Assembly (NCBI GenBank): GCA_024704765.1
Contig: JAKMXF010000327.1
Location: 265,360 to 329,359 of the forward strand
DNA: 64,000 bases
Source: Oopsacas minuta
Taxonomy: Eukaryota; Animalia; Porifera
Direction: 5' to 3'
In this document: piece by piece, positions 12,725-26,504 of the stretch
How positions within the stretch are numbered: the first letter of the stretch is position 1
How the letters are laid out: every line of letters begins with the position of its first letter
Made by a program: the position numbers and the translations under genes
Notes under the pieces: model-generated
The model's input: only the letters and a program-made list of their open reading frames with translations
Told to the model about the DNA's origin: nothing
Database searches by the model: none

Positions 12725-15206
12725 CTATATTACAAAATCTATTTTGCGCTTTTTTGCAAGTGCAAATCGATTGATTAAGTTAGATATATCAAGTTCTATA
12801 TCCTTATGGATATACATCAAAGCTAATCCGTTTAATCGTTCGTCCAACATTGGTGATCTGAGCCTGTTTTTCAAAATTTTCATAGCACTAAAGCATCTTT
12901 CTGGAGTACATGTAGCAACAGGTAATGTTAAAGCTATTTGAAATAATTTCTTTACATTTTCGAAGTGGAATGGCAAACTTGAAAGGAACTCATGGATATC
13001 TCCCGTATCTACTTTTCTTTGAAATGATTGGAAGACTCTCAATTCCTCAAAAAATTCCATTTGTGTACAATTCAATAGTGTTTGATAGAAAGAAAACACA
13101 GTTTCAAGTAAGTTTATATTTATTTCATTTGTTTGTAATAACATATTCAATTGTAACGCAATCTTTGATTGACCTGAAAATCTCAAATTTAGATGCTCAA
13201 TAACTCCATCTATGTAGGGAATCCAAATTCTTTGTCTGTAATAGTCACAGGTACTTTCACTTGTAAGATTCGAAGAAGTACTCATAGTTACACAAGATTC
13301 ATCATATGATATACTGAGAATTCCTTTAGACGAATTTCTTGGTTTAGACAGTGTTATTCCTAACATTTGTGAGTATAATTCAACTGTACCGAATACACTA
13401 AGCTTACTCCCATTCCATTGCTGTGAATCCTCTCTCAATACGGCAAGTGTTTCTATTGTTTATTCAATTAATTGCATGCATTCAACATAATTTAGATTCA
13501 CAGTCTGTAACACCTTGGAAAGTATAATAGTAATTAACAGTACTTTGCCAACACATGCTAGTGATATTAAAAAGGAGGAATTTTTAATACAATTTAAGTG
13601 AGAAAGCGCTTGAGCTCGAGATTTACAATTGAAATGATTGTCGCTAATAATTCTTTCTAGGCCTAAAATAATAGATGAAATATTGGAATAGAATCGTATA
13701 ATTGCATCATGTCTCTCAACAAACCTAGTGGAACAATATGAAATGAACTGTGCGTCGAAAACATTCCTTCTTCCAGAAGAATCATTGATATAATTTATCG
13801 TCGCAGAAACAATATCAAATATGTGTCTTATTTCTGTTAATTTTGAAGAATCATTAAGCACAAGGTTTAATCTGTGATTTGTACAGTGCAAGTATATTGC
13901 AAGTGGAGCATGTTTGATTATACGCGTAGTGACTCCTGAAATATGGCCTGACATGGTTGAACACCCGTCATAGCATTGAGCTATACAATTGTCAATATTC
14001 AACCCAGTAGATGTAACACGACTTAGTATTTCATCAGTGATTGACTTAGCATCCACAAATTCCATTGCTCCGTAAGATATAAATTCTTCTTTGATAAATG
14101 CATCTTCAGATACATAGCGAATGCAGAAACATAAGTGCTTTTGGTGGGAACTATCAGTTGTCTCATCAGCAAGTATAGCAAAGTATCCAATTTTCTGTAT
14201 CTCACTAACAATTGCAATAAGAATTTCTTGGCCACACAGATCTATAAACATGTTCTGGATAGTTTTTGAAATATACGTCGCATTTTTATTGGTTTTTAAT
14301 AAATGTTCCTTTAATAATTTGTCACCACTTTCAACCCTAAAAGCTAATAAAGCACGGAAATTCCCAGATTATCCAGAGATATCAACTTCATCATTTAATT
14401 GCACATCATCCCTGTGGCCTCTTAGAGCAATACCCAATCTACCACACAAGATTATCGTTTTGATGATCGGAATAAGGCGTTCCCTATTTTCATTTTCCTC
14501 GTCCTTACGTGCTTCACAATTGATGTTACTATACTTTTTGAATTTTGCATGTTGTAAACGAAAATGTCGGCTCGTTCTTGAGCAGATTTGTGATAATCTT
14601 TCAAAATATGTTCTTTAACCTTTCATGAATCTTTTTGTAACTTGTAAACGGAGTTTGAACAAATGAACCAACTTTTGTTAATTTTCCTTTATGATTTTCA
14701 ACTTCTCTCGAAGTGAACAGTGCACAAGGAACACAAACCACTCCCTTAATTAAAAACGAATATTTAAAACAATCAAATTTTCCAGTGATATGAGGAAATG
14801 ATAAATAGACCCTCTGAGTCTTCCATTTACCCTTAGAAGCTGAACTGATAAGCTTTTCACTAAAAGGAAATGAAAAATTAAGATCATGCATGCGATGTTT
14901 TGCGAGCAAATTTAATTTTTGGAAATCAGAGAGTGCAGGACAATCTAAAACCAATCATTCTCGGGAACTTACACAAATATCCGATATCATATAAATCTAG
15001 ATCGGTATCCAAGGATGACCTCTCTGTCATACCTTCAGCAATGTAAGAAGAATCTTGATTTGGCAGTGATTCTGGGTCTACCAACAACGTTCCTTGCATA
15101 GTTGTATCATTACCATCTATATTTAGATTGAACTCGGGGTTAGATGACTGACTGGAAGTAGCATTTGAACAGAAATAATCCAATAAACATTTTCTTTTGG
15201 GATCCA
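12725..15206 (-). pseudogene. hAT transposase pseudogene (a few frameshifts/stops)
   Basis: Consecutive ORFs with [70 protein letters not shown]. Confidence 0.9.
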
Positions 15207-15215
15207 TAATCAAAT

Positions 15216-18200
15216 GGTACAACTATAGAATCCGACACCCCCCAACTTTTTTAATGTAGTCAAAAATCGCTATATGCACCGTTGAAGAACTCGTTGAGAG
15301 AAGCTGATCGAGCTTTCGAACTCAAAAATCGGATGGAAACTGACGAAGTTACGAAAAATCTCCTAAATAAGCCAAATCCTATGGAGAAAATTGTATTAGC
15401 CACTATACTGAAATGATGTTGATGAATTCTCTACAAATACCATAGGAATGCACACATAATCAATCTTGCGGTTATCAACCCTTGCGTCAGTTGATTGATT
15501 CTTTTATGAATTTATTAGTTTGCGTAATTTGTAGTTATTGCTATTAAGAACGGTCAATTTAAACCTGGTGTGGCCTGGTTCCCAAAGGGGCGAAAACCTG
15601 GTCACACCGTATATCTCGAAAACTATAATTCGCATCGCTTAGCTTTAAAAAGGAAAACGGTAGGTCTTGGCCTCATCTAGCCAAAAAATACCACTTGGCC
15701 CACATCCAGCTATCCTAACAATAGGTGTTATGCACTATGAATGTTGCCAAATATTCATCAAGTACATTTCAAAGATATCTTAACTAGGATTCATTTGTTG
15801 CTTAGAAATATCCCAAATTTATATATTTAACCTAAGTAGAACTGGCTCCCTTGCTTGTTATTTTATCGCACTGGCTTCAGAAACCCTAGAAGCAACAAAA
15901 GGAGGCATGCCACAACCTTCATAATTAATACGTTTATTCACCCATTTTCTAGCTACAAATGGCCGGATCCAACTTAGTATTCATGTTGTTATCCAGGTGC
16001 AAACGCGTGTGCTGTTTTAGGGACCTTTAATTCTATACGCTAGCGATATAGGAACGGGATTAGATAGTGTCATGGTTGCTCCTGGGTCTGGGCTGATGTT
16101 AAAAGCACAAGTTGAATGGTTGCAGTGGGACTTTTTCTGTATTATTGTTTCAGTCCGTTTGTATGTAAACTGTTTGCAAATAGTAATCTCTTCGTTGAAC
16201 TAGTTCTTCAGCTCGTTTGTGTACAAATTATTTGTAAATATTTATGATCTGAAATACTTCCTGCGCTTACACAGGGATCACGACATCAATACGACAGGAA
16301 TAGAAACAGCCCGAAATAGCTGTTATTGTCCAACGGAAGTTGCAATTGTTACTGTTCATAGCTATTAATAGTATGTCGTTAACAATAAACAACAAGTATT
16401 CTGTTAACAACACTACATAACTTCCAATGTTAGCCGGGGTGAGTATTTATTTCAAGCCACCATATGCCTTAGGGGCAGTTATTCGAGGCAATGTGGGCGC
16501 ATTTACTAGTTTCAATATCCCTTAGAATAGCTTATGCTAACATTTAGCAAGTATGTGATGTAAGAGTGTATAATGTAACTATTCTTAACAAAGTAATACT
16601 ATATATATATTAACAACTAAACTACACAACAGGATATAATTCTCTAATGCACTTGACGATGCTGTTTAGGATGTTTCCTTTATTCTTTCTTCTCCAACAA
16701 GACTCGATAAGGTGGGATTCTAGCAATTCAGGATTTGTTGCTTGGCCTCTTCTTTGCCTTTTCTTGACCACACCCCAAGCGTTTTCTATCCCTTGTGTAT
16801 GGGTACCGTCAATTGGATCCACAAAATTCTCAGAATGGTTCACAGTGTGATGATCGTAGCCTGCAGCTGGGACAACATTATAAGCAGCCCATTCGTCTGA
16901 GTGGATGGTAGTTCCAGGTAATACATATCGCTGAATGATGGGAAGTAGGGTTGCACCTCAGCGATCGGGAACTGGGATCATCAGTACGTTATCAGTACCT
17001 TGCTCATATATACCGAAAACCCATTGACCAGTGAGTAATCTACCACGGTTATATTTTCGTCTCCCAAATTTCGATTCATCAATCTCCACCACTGTACCGG
17101 GCCCGCCTATTGGCTCCTGATTTATTATTAGATCCTCAATGCAAACATCTCTCATAAAATTCTTCCAGTCCACAACAGTATTCGGAAACCATTGCAATTA
17201 TTTCTCAAGAAATGCGTGTGACTGTATATCTTCACTCCAAAAATACAAGAACTGCATTAGTGAGGGAAGAGATAGGTTTGAACCCTTGAAGAAAGACTCA
17301 TAAAGAAGTGAACAGGTTGTCTTACACGCTCTACATCTCCATTTTTATTGTCCTTAGAATCGGTAAATGTACCCACATACATTATTGAGCCGCATCTGCA
17401 CTGGACTCCTCGTGGTAACAAGCCATAATGCTTAAGGTAATCTATAGTATTTTCCAGAGAAGAAGACAACTGAAAGAGATCAGACAGTAAAAAGCTTGCT
17501 GAAATGTCAGGAATAATTAAGGGTTCGAGTAATATTGTGTGGTCTATTGTGGTTTGAATGATAGTAGTATATTACAAAATAATGTACGAATGGTCTATAT
17601 ATTAACATACATTACAACCCATTCACATTTTTGGAATTCTTTTTACTAAAGCGACACAATTAAAGCTTAGATTATGTAGTTGTTTGTGGGCAACATTTTA
17701 CTGCACAGTGTAACTTGAGTATAATTTGTTCAAAGGAATGTAGATTTTCATTAGTGATAGAAAATCATAGTGGTATCAAGTCACTATCAACGATTAACTA
17801 TACGACGAGTAGTACGTATATTCAATTCATATACTATGATCATTGAATTGTTGGGAATTTCAGTCAAATCATACACAGGTATAATATAACCTAAAGCCCA
17901 CCATATACGATGCATTTTTGTTGCATAAAACAGTTGCAATCAATCAAGTTGCATGGTGTATTGTGGGATTAACAATGCACGTATTTCCTATGGATATTCC
18001 CTTAGCCAATCCGAAAAATATATTGGGAATCAGTGCTGGAAGCCAATTTGCACAAACTACATTATAACCACACTGACATTAGCAAAGAATGTGTAAATTA
18101 TGAGCAAAATATGTTAACTTGAAACATGGGCGAGGGATGGCGCTGGCAAACAAGGGCATAGATCCATAAATTATGGGACGAATTGTAAAACTTGTGATTT

Positions 18201-19085
18201 GGTACGAAAATGATCGCAAAATCCGTACATCATCGCAAATTGTTCAAAAGTGGGGGTACACTTCCTCCTCCGTCCCCCCGGGAATTACGCCCATGGTAGC
18301 ATGTACGCCACTTTGTATCCGGAAACTTACTGTATAACTGTAATGGTGACTGTGAGGCTAGTAACAAACCTCTAGAATCATTAAGTAAAGAAGCCGCATA
18401 TACAGCTATACTAAACAACTAATATGTATCACCAACAGAGTAAATTTGGCGATACTGAGAGTCTTTATCATTCATCTTAGTTCAAGATGTGTTTTTTTAA
18501 ACAACAAATGAATCCTAGTTAAGATATCTTTGAAATGTACTTGATGAATATTTGGCAACATTCATAGTGCATAACACCTATTGTTAGGATAGCTGGATGT
18601 GGGCCAAGTGGTATTTTTTGGCTAGATGAGGCCAAGACCTACCGTTTTCCTTTTTAAAGCTAAGCGATGCGAATTATAGTTTTCGAGATATACGGTGTGA
18701 CCAGGTTTTCGCCCCTTTGGGAACCAGGCCACACCAGGTTTAAATTGACCGTTCTTAATAGCAATAACTACAAATTACGCAAACTAATAAATTCATAAAA
18801 GAATCAATCAACTGACGCAAGGGTTGATAACCGCAAGATTGATTATGTGTGCATTCCTATGGTATTTGTATAGAATTCATCAACATCATTTCAGTATAGT
18901 GGCTAATACAATTTTCTCCATAGGATTTGGCTTATTTAGGAGATTTTTCGTAACTTCGTCAGTTTCCATCCGATTTTTGAGTTCGAAAGCTCGATCAGCT
19001 TCTCTCAACGAGTTCTTCAACGGTGCATATAGCGATTTTTGACTACATTAAAAAAGTTGGGGGTGTCGGATTCTATAGTTGTACG
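15216..19085 (-). mobile_element. Merlin element 1 with ~584-bp TIRs
   Basis: 15217-15800 is the near-perfect reverse complement of 18502-19084 (I found one substitution and a 1-bp homopolymer indel). Left terminus GGTACAA as in Merlin 2. TSD not clean. Confidence 0.9.
16622..17470 (-). pseudogene. Merlin (IS1016/ISXO2-like DDE) transposase pseudogene
   Basis: IGGPGTVVEIDESKFGRRKYNRGR..GQWVFG; NHSENFVDPIDGTHTQGIENAW; frameshifted. Confidence 0.9.
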
Positions 19086-21446
19086 GCAAATTAAAAATGG
19101 TCAGGGAAAATTGAAAAGTGGTCAAACCTGTCCAGAGTTTTACAAGCAAAAGTAAAGGTGAAGGCAATTACCTAACCTAGCGTTATATATATATGTACAT
19201 TATACTAATTTCACAACCGAGAGAAGTTGAGTAGCAACAAATAATTGTAAAAACGCTATAAATCAAAGACATGATTGAAATATTGTATGAAAAATATAAA
19301 TAATAATCAGAATGAATTCGAAAAACTAGGAGGCCAAAAGTCTGGTGGGGGGAATATATCCTCCCCTGGATCCGCCACTGAGCAATACAAATTCACCCTT
19401 ACGATCCGACGATGTCGCAACGAGGTAGGTTTACGCAGGCTCCATATCTTGTTTTTACAAATTTGCTTTTATAAATGAGAATTTATTTCTTATTTTGGAT
19501 ACTGTAATCGTGTTTACGGGTCATGTATTTATGTAATTGTTTCGTAGTTACGCATGGTTTACTTGATGTGCTAAATATAAATAATTATTTTATTGATATT
19601 TAAGTTGTTTTAAACTCAACTTTATACTTAATTATTCTAAAAACTACTCCTATTGCTTGTGCTTTGAAATCAAATATATCTACTGAATCGAATTCGGATG
19701 TTGGTCCACAGTCCATTTGCAGTCAATCGCCTCAAGATTCATTAGACACAAGGTTGGAAACTTTGGATGTGACCAGTTCTGATGGACATTATTTCAAAGA
19801 GCTGATGTCTAAAGACAATAAACGAAATTTGTTACCTCGGGATTCTGATTATAGAATACATCAAATATTGAAAGCTAGCAAAGGACAAGAACTGTGCTCA
19901 TTCATACCTTCGCTGCACAGAGGCTGTCATATACAGAAGAGAGTTATACTCCCTCTAATTTAACGCTACAATTAAAACTTAGAAATGATAAAATTGTTAA
20001 TCAAGATCTTCGTCAAGTGTTTGGTAACTATATATTGTTGATCTTCAGTTGATGCAAGCAGTTCTGGAACCTGTTCATCGAAGTTTATGTTCAGATGAGT
20101 TATATACTGTAGATCGAAATCTTTCTGGAATGTGTGGGTAGCTTTTCAGATAAGAAATCTAATCCGGTCGTTAATTCTGGTGATAAACCAAATAGTGGCA
20201 TGAACTCGACCAGCTTTTCGTACTACCTGGTCGTCTTACTGGTACTGGTAACGAGAAAGCGAAAATTTACCATGCAACTCAGGGGATTCCAGCTCCTCCG
20301 AATCCATATCAATACACCAAGATTCAGGATAGCATATAGTGCAGCTGGAAGGCAACACACATGAGTATGACTAAAGCGAAGGAAAATCTTAAGATGAGGA
20401 TTGGTAAAGATAATGCAACCAATTGTGTAAAATTTAACTGTTTCCTATGACGGTGCTTATTCTAAACCAAAGTCGGTGATCGGTAGTAAATATTGTTTCG
20501 CTTCTGCAATATCTGCTGAAATAGGTAAAGTTGTCGCTTGAAAAATGGCTTGCAACAGATATGTCCAATGTAATAACTATAAACTTAAGCCTTCCAGGAA
20601 TCCTTTGTTTTTAGAGATAGAACAAGTCAAGTGGGAACCGCATGTTAACCTGCCAAGCAGATTACCCTACATTGCTTCTAACCATCTTGAGTCAAAATTA
20701 GCATCTGTTATACTGAAGGAGTCTCATTCCAAAGGGATGATCTTCCCTGAAGTGAGTAAATACTAATTAGATACGTAAGTATATTCATAATTACTTAATA
20801 ATTAGTTAATAAAGTAAATAAGTGATAAATTTTTAACAAATCTTTAGAAACACGTATTATAGATTACTAGCAGAGACACTAATGATTTCTTTTTGGTTGT
20901 AATTTCGAAGTAAATTTTTATAGTTTTAATGACGTCCGCAAGAAATACTATTGACAACCGTCACAAATCCATGTATTACAGGCCCTAATTCCACTTCAAC
21001 ACAATATTCATGAAATTAATTCCTTGTGACAACTGCTACAATTGAAAGTGTTCATCGACTCTACAGAGCCGGTTAACTCACATTCACAAATTCCACATAC
21101 TGTTTTACGTATAGTTGTACTTGTTGGAACATTTGTATCACTCAAAGTTTTAGTGTCACTCTCATATGATGAGCGTCTGAATATTTCTGAGATGAATAGC
21201 CTGTTCCACCCTCCGCAACCTTCTTCATATAGTCCGTGATTAGCATTTCCTCCCAAATACTTTCATCTGATGGTCTAGGACAATTTCATTTGACATGATC
21301 CTTTTATCATCACAAAGACGAAATGTTTCACTGGTACGCAAATTGGGCTCAGAATTATGTATAATCCTGATCACATTTAGTATTCGTTTTATATCTGTCG
21401 TTATAACGATTGACAGCTAACACGGTTCCTAGTCCTAGAACATGTA

Positions 21447-21940
21447 GTGCATGCACCCATCAATGTAAAGGCCGCAAAATCAGCAGGGAAGAGAATGGTA
21501 ACAGTATTTTGGGATAGGGAAGGAATTATACCCCTCGACTGGTTGCCTGAGAAGACCGCCATAATCAGTGATTATTACGTTGACGAATTGAAAGAATTAC
21601 GTCAAGTTGACAAGTGGTGTATTGCTGTAACATGACAACGCAAGGCCCCATGTAAGCTCCAAGCAATGGCTGCAATTCATGACTTAGGATTCGAATGCCT
21701 CCCTCATCCCCGTATACTCCAGACCTGGTTCCCAGCGACTACTGGCTGTTTGGAGGGATGAAGAGACCCCTCGAGGGAAGAGATTTGAGGATTTCAAACG
21801 GCTGGAGTACGAAGTACAACAGTGAGAATAGGGACCCCTAAAGAATACTATACCGCTGGGCTGGTAAAGTTACCAGAACGATGGAAATAATGTATAAAGT
21901 TAAACGGGGAATTTATCGAAACATTTGATAATCAATTATG
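21447..21940 (+). pseudogene. Mariner transposase 3' fragment
   Basis: KSAGKRMVTVFWDREG, HDNARPH-like and HPPYTPDLVPSDYWLF-like motifs across frameshifts. Confidence 0.8.
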
Positions 21941-22199
21941 ATAAGTATAGGTTTGCTATATAAATTATGAAAAATGTCTCATTACACTGATATACAAAAT
22001 TGTAAAACTTTTTGATGATTAAATAAAAATAGTTGAAATTGAATAATTTGAAGGGGCTGTTTATGAATGAGTTAAGTATGTATCCACAACAGGTCTAGAA
22101 TTTATAATTTTATTGTTGGAAGGTTGCACCAATATGCGATTAAATATATGAAATTAAACATACATTTATGTTTATTACCTATTAAATCATACTAATATT

Positions 22200-22620
22200 A
22201 ACTATCACTAGCGCGCTACGCGGATTCTAACACTTCGTGTCTGTACTCGGCCTTCGGCCCTCGCTTTGACTATTAGTTTGTGTGGTATTCGGAATCAGCG
22301 TACCCGATTACCCCACAATAACCGTTGAAACCACATTTCTAGGATAATTTTGAAATTTGTTTACTTTTTGTTTACTTTATATTCATATAAACAACTTAAA
22401 TTTGTATATGACAAATCCATAAGTGTGATTCGGATTCACATATTCGCTAACCTTTAGTCAAGTTTTATGAAATTTGTATATTTCCTGATTAACACCATAG
22501 ATATATGGATACAAACATTTTTGTAAATACGAATTCCACATTCCATTTCAGCTTCCTTAGCAACGGACAAACGGATAGACAGACAAGACAGACAAACAGA
22601 TAGCAGTGACAATGATAGTA
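22200..22620. mobile_element. Possible Helitron/Helentron-associated non-autonomous element (DINE/HINE-like)
   Basis: GC hairpin CTCGGCCTTCGGCCCTCG (~22246) and a GACA-type microsatellite (22565-22600); no coding support. Confidence 0.3.
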
Positions 22621-22759
22621 TCTCCACTGATATCATTGTCATTGCTAATGTTCAATATTTCCAATGGAACTGGTACAGGTAGGTCCTCTGAATTTGGAAT
22701 GGCCTAATGGCGGACAGCACGTCTGGGTACGCAATACTGGATTTATTCTTTTTTGTGAT

Positions 22760-24598
22760 ACCATCAATTTTCGTCATACAGAAATAACAATCCGAAAGAT
22801 GACACATTGGTTCTCTCCATCTCAAAACCAGTTGAGTTTTTTAAGAGAAAGCGCGACGAATTAACAGGTTGCCAGAAACAAATGTATGCTTCATCTCACA
22901 CAAATGTTCCAGCATTAAGAGCTTCTTACAAGGTATCTTTACGTATTGCAAAGGCAAAAAAAAACATACATAATTGGGGAACAACTTCTGGTTGGTTGCA
23001 TTAGTAATGTATGCCGAGAAATGTTGGGAGAATCTGCAGCAAAAACAACTGCGCGGGTTCCACTGTCAAACGACACTGTTGCTAGAAGAGTGATCGATCT
23101 TGCTTGCGACATGGAGGAACAGCTGATCGAACAAATAAAATCAGCCAAATGGTATTCTTTGCAGCTTGATGAATCTACTGACGTAGCAAATTTGGCGATT
23201 TTGTTGTTATATGTTCGTTTTGAACATTGTGGTGATGTGAAAGAAGAGTATTTATGTTCGATATCATTTCCTACAAATACCACTAGTTCTCAAATTTTTG
23301 ATGGATTGAATAACTATATCGTTGATGAATCAGGATTAGATTGGAAGTTTTGTGTTGGTGTACGCACTGACGGTGCTGCTACAATGACAGGTCGACATTC
23401 TGGAGTTGTTGCAAAAATTAAAGAAGTAGCACCAGATTGCGAGTCAACACACTGTTTTATTCATCGAGAAAATTTAGCAACAAAGAAGATGTCAAAGGAA
23501 CTCAACGATGTACTATGTCAAGTTGTCAAAGTTGTCAACCATGTAAAAGCGAACGCTCTGAATTCTCGCTTATTCGCTTCCTTGTGTGATCAGATGGGAG
23601 CTGACCATATACAACTGCTCTTGCATGCTGAAGTGCGTTTTCTATCCAGAGGAAAAGTGTTATCAAGAGTTTTTGAGCTCCGAAACGAACTAACAACATT
23701 TCTGCTTGATAAAAAACGTGAATGGGCTGAAAAATTTCGAGATGTAAACTGGAATACAAAGCTGGCATATCTGTCTGATATATTCTCAATGCTTAATGAG
23801 CTAAACAGATCAATGCAAGGTAGGATGGCAACTAATTTTGCAACAGCTAACAAGATTGACGGTTTTAAAAGAAAGTTAGCTGCATGGCAACATCGAGTCT
23901 CTCGAGATTGTTACGACATGCTTCCAAATTTATCGGAAATAATTAATTGTGAAAGTGGACTTGATGCGACTTCTCTAGCGAATATTATCACCGAACATTT
24001 GAAATCACTAGCTGAGCGCTTTGAATTTTACTTCCCGAAAGAACAAGATCCTAGAGAAGGAAACGGTTGGATCTGTAATTCCATTTTGCAATTGAAGGAC
24101 GAGTTGAATGTTCATTTAGAAGACAAATTATTAGACCTGGCAGGGGATCAAGGATTAAAGAATATTTTTACAGCGAAATAACACTCGCTGAATTCTGGAT
24201 AAAGGTTAGACCCGAATATCCAGAACTTAGTGAGTTGGCCCTGAAAACAATTCTACCCTTTCCATCTACTTACCTTTGTGAGATGGGGTTTTCAACAATG
24301 AGCATTATCAAAACAAAGTATAGGAATTCTCTGGATGTCAGATCTCCACTACGTGTGGCACTTTCATCAATCGAACCGAGGCTAGATAAGCTCGTCAAAT
24401 CGAAGCAAGCACACAGTTCTCATTAGTATAATTGATCTTATAATTATATCACAATATACCTCTTACTACTTAACACTGATATAATACGATAATAAAAACA
24501 AATCATATTTACTAAAAATGAGACCAACAAGCAGGGGTCCGTGGAATTGTAATGGAGAAACTTTGGGGCCGCGACATAAAAAAGTTTGAGAAGCACTA
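22760..24598 (+). mobile_element. hAT Buster/ZBED5-like element, 5'-truncated; transposase with two frameshifts
   Basis: LQLDESTDVAN, TDGAATMTG, CFIHRENLA, EVRFLSRGKVL, PSTYLCEMGFS; right TIR remnant TTTGAGAAGCACT (24585-24597). No left TIR found. Confidence 0.85.
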
Positions 24599-24754
24599 AA
24601 TTAAAAGACCGACATAACTAGAATAGAAATTTCTTACTTTTAGTACCCTTAAGAATGAAAAACATATATAATATTTCCCAATATATATCTACACTATACA
24701 AAAATAATAGAGAAAGAAGATCATCAAAATGTTGTATAACAGTGTTATTTATTG

Positions 24755-26218
24755 AACACCTCTTGTAGGTTTTGCTGTATCGATTTGCTTCCAAAGCTCT
24801 GGCAAGGGAATCTCTTCGGCAACCAATTTCTCAACTGGTATCAAATATAGCCCAGAAATATTGCCAAGTTAAATTTGTATCAGAGGTAGGTGATCTACTA
24901 AGACCAAAAGCGATCTGTAGCATTTGTCGGGCTAGGTTACTTAACCAAGAAACATGGAAATTCACTATCAATAAATGGGAACAAGATAGCACTAATGTCG
25001 AGTTTCCACAAACAATTGAAGTAACCCCATATATCACCAGAAGTACTGTCGTGTGTAACTCAGAATATCGCTGTCATATCTGCCAAATCTTTGCATCTTC
25101 TATTAACTATTACATAATCAAGGATTAAAATCAGGCCCCTGGACTTGGTAGGCCATTAGAACAGCCACCATGTAGACCGATGTGTTACCAAATCTGAGAA
25201 ATATATGGAGAATTACGATAAATTTTGTCAAACAATTATGTTACACCCACAAAAATTTTCAAATCCAGGTGCGCTATTTACAGAAAGAGTAGAAGCTCGA
25301 GGTTTTACTGGTGCAGTTGCAACGAAATACACTAAAAATACACTAATGCAAGGAGACGATCTTCATATTCCAGTTAGTTTGCATCATCCTTACAATTCCA
25401 ACAACCAAATCGTGGTATCTACAGTTGACTATGCAGGTAGAAATTGTGTGAATACAAGATGTTGAAACTGCTCGAGACACTCAAAGATTAGGTCAGCTAG
25501 GTCGTGGAAAATATTCATACTGGGAATTTGGCAGAATACTACGTCGAGAAGGAGTTACGTTCTCTATTGGTGGAACCAAAGGGGCTTGGGGTGATAAATG
25601 GTCTGTCTTGGTGATATTTATACTCTAGTTACACTTGAGATATATATCGTGAATATATGGCTATTCCATCAGAGCCGACACCATTTAGTTTTTGCATTGA
25701 TAACAAAGTTCTTTTAAATATTGTCACCAACAACCAATTCAATCGAATTTCTCGGTTAAATTTACATATCGATGGAGGGAAAGATTTCTTGAAAATATCT
25801 GTGAATATTATCTCGATGAAGCCTATAAGTTTGTATATCCCAACTCATAATAGTGTCCTAATTAACCTTGTCATTGCCAATAGAAAGGGTCCCTAGAACG
25901 ATCACAATCTGAAACATCTGTGCACTTATCCATCAATACATAAATTATTAACTTTTGATTTTCCCGTCCAAATTGCTTGTGATTTTAAAGTATGAGCACT
26001 GGTTGTTAGGAGTCAACAAGCTTCCAGTAATTTCCATTGTCCCTTTTGTGCGGCGTAATGGTACTTTATGTACCGATATACCAGATGAATCGAGGAAGCT
26101 TGAAGAATTGTTAATCGATATTACTAAAGAGCATCATACTTTCGTCAATTTACCTATCAATATTTGGACTGAGTCAGTTTTAGAAAAATTGCTCTCGCTC
26201 CATTACATAATCTTTTGA
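24755..26218 (+). pseudogene. Degenerate Chapaev-like (CMC group) transposase relic
   Basis: P-x2-I-C-x2-C (PKAICSIC), then CHICQI, IDGGKDFLKIS and LLGV(Q)QASSNFHCPFC spread across frames. Confidence 0.5.
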
Positions 26219-26504
26219 GATTGGTGAACAAAATATATATTATTGCAAGGCCTAGTGACGAATGCAAACTTTTAAAACTTCATTATGCAGTACTGCACAA
26301 GTATATATATCTTCAGATCAGGATATTGGAATGGTACTCTGGAGTACAATTCATGTTCAAGGCTCCTAGACAATTTGGAATATATCCCCATTCCCGAAAA
26401 ATTCTGCAAAATTCGTGAGTGCATTAATTGCATTGAAGCATGCAAAAGAGACGAAAATTTGGATGGCAAGACAGCATTAAAAATTTGTGTGAGGCATGGC
26501 ATGA

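Larger units (their letters stand above)
12459..19380 (-). mobile_element. hAT element (ZMYM1/PRKRIR-like) containing a Merlin insertion
   Basis: Perfect 16-bp TIR CAGTGGCGGATCCAGG; TSD GGCAATAC (12451-12458) / AGCAATAC (19381-19388). Confidence 0.92.

Noticed and set aside
16622-17470. Bacterial IS1595/ISXO2 insertion or contamination
   Set aside because: Long TIRs, an 8-bp TSD in the sister element and nesting with animal-type TEs indicate eukaryotic Merlin.
18125-18295. Small hAT-like MITE (CATGGGCG...CGCCCATG) within Merlin 1
   Set aside because: Only an 8-bp inverted match and no TSD.
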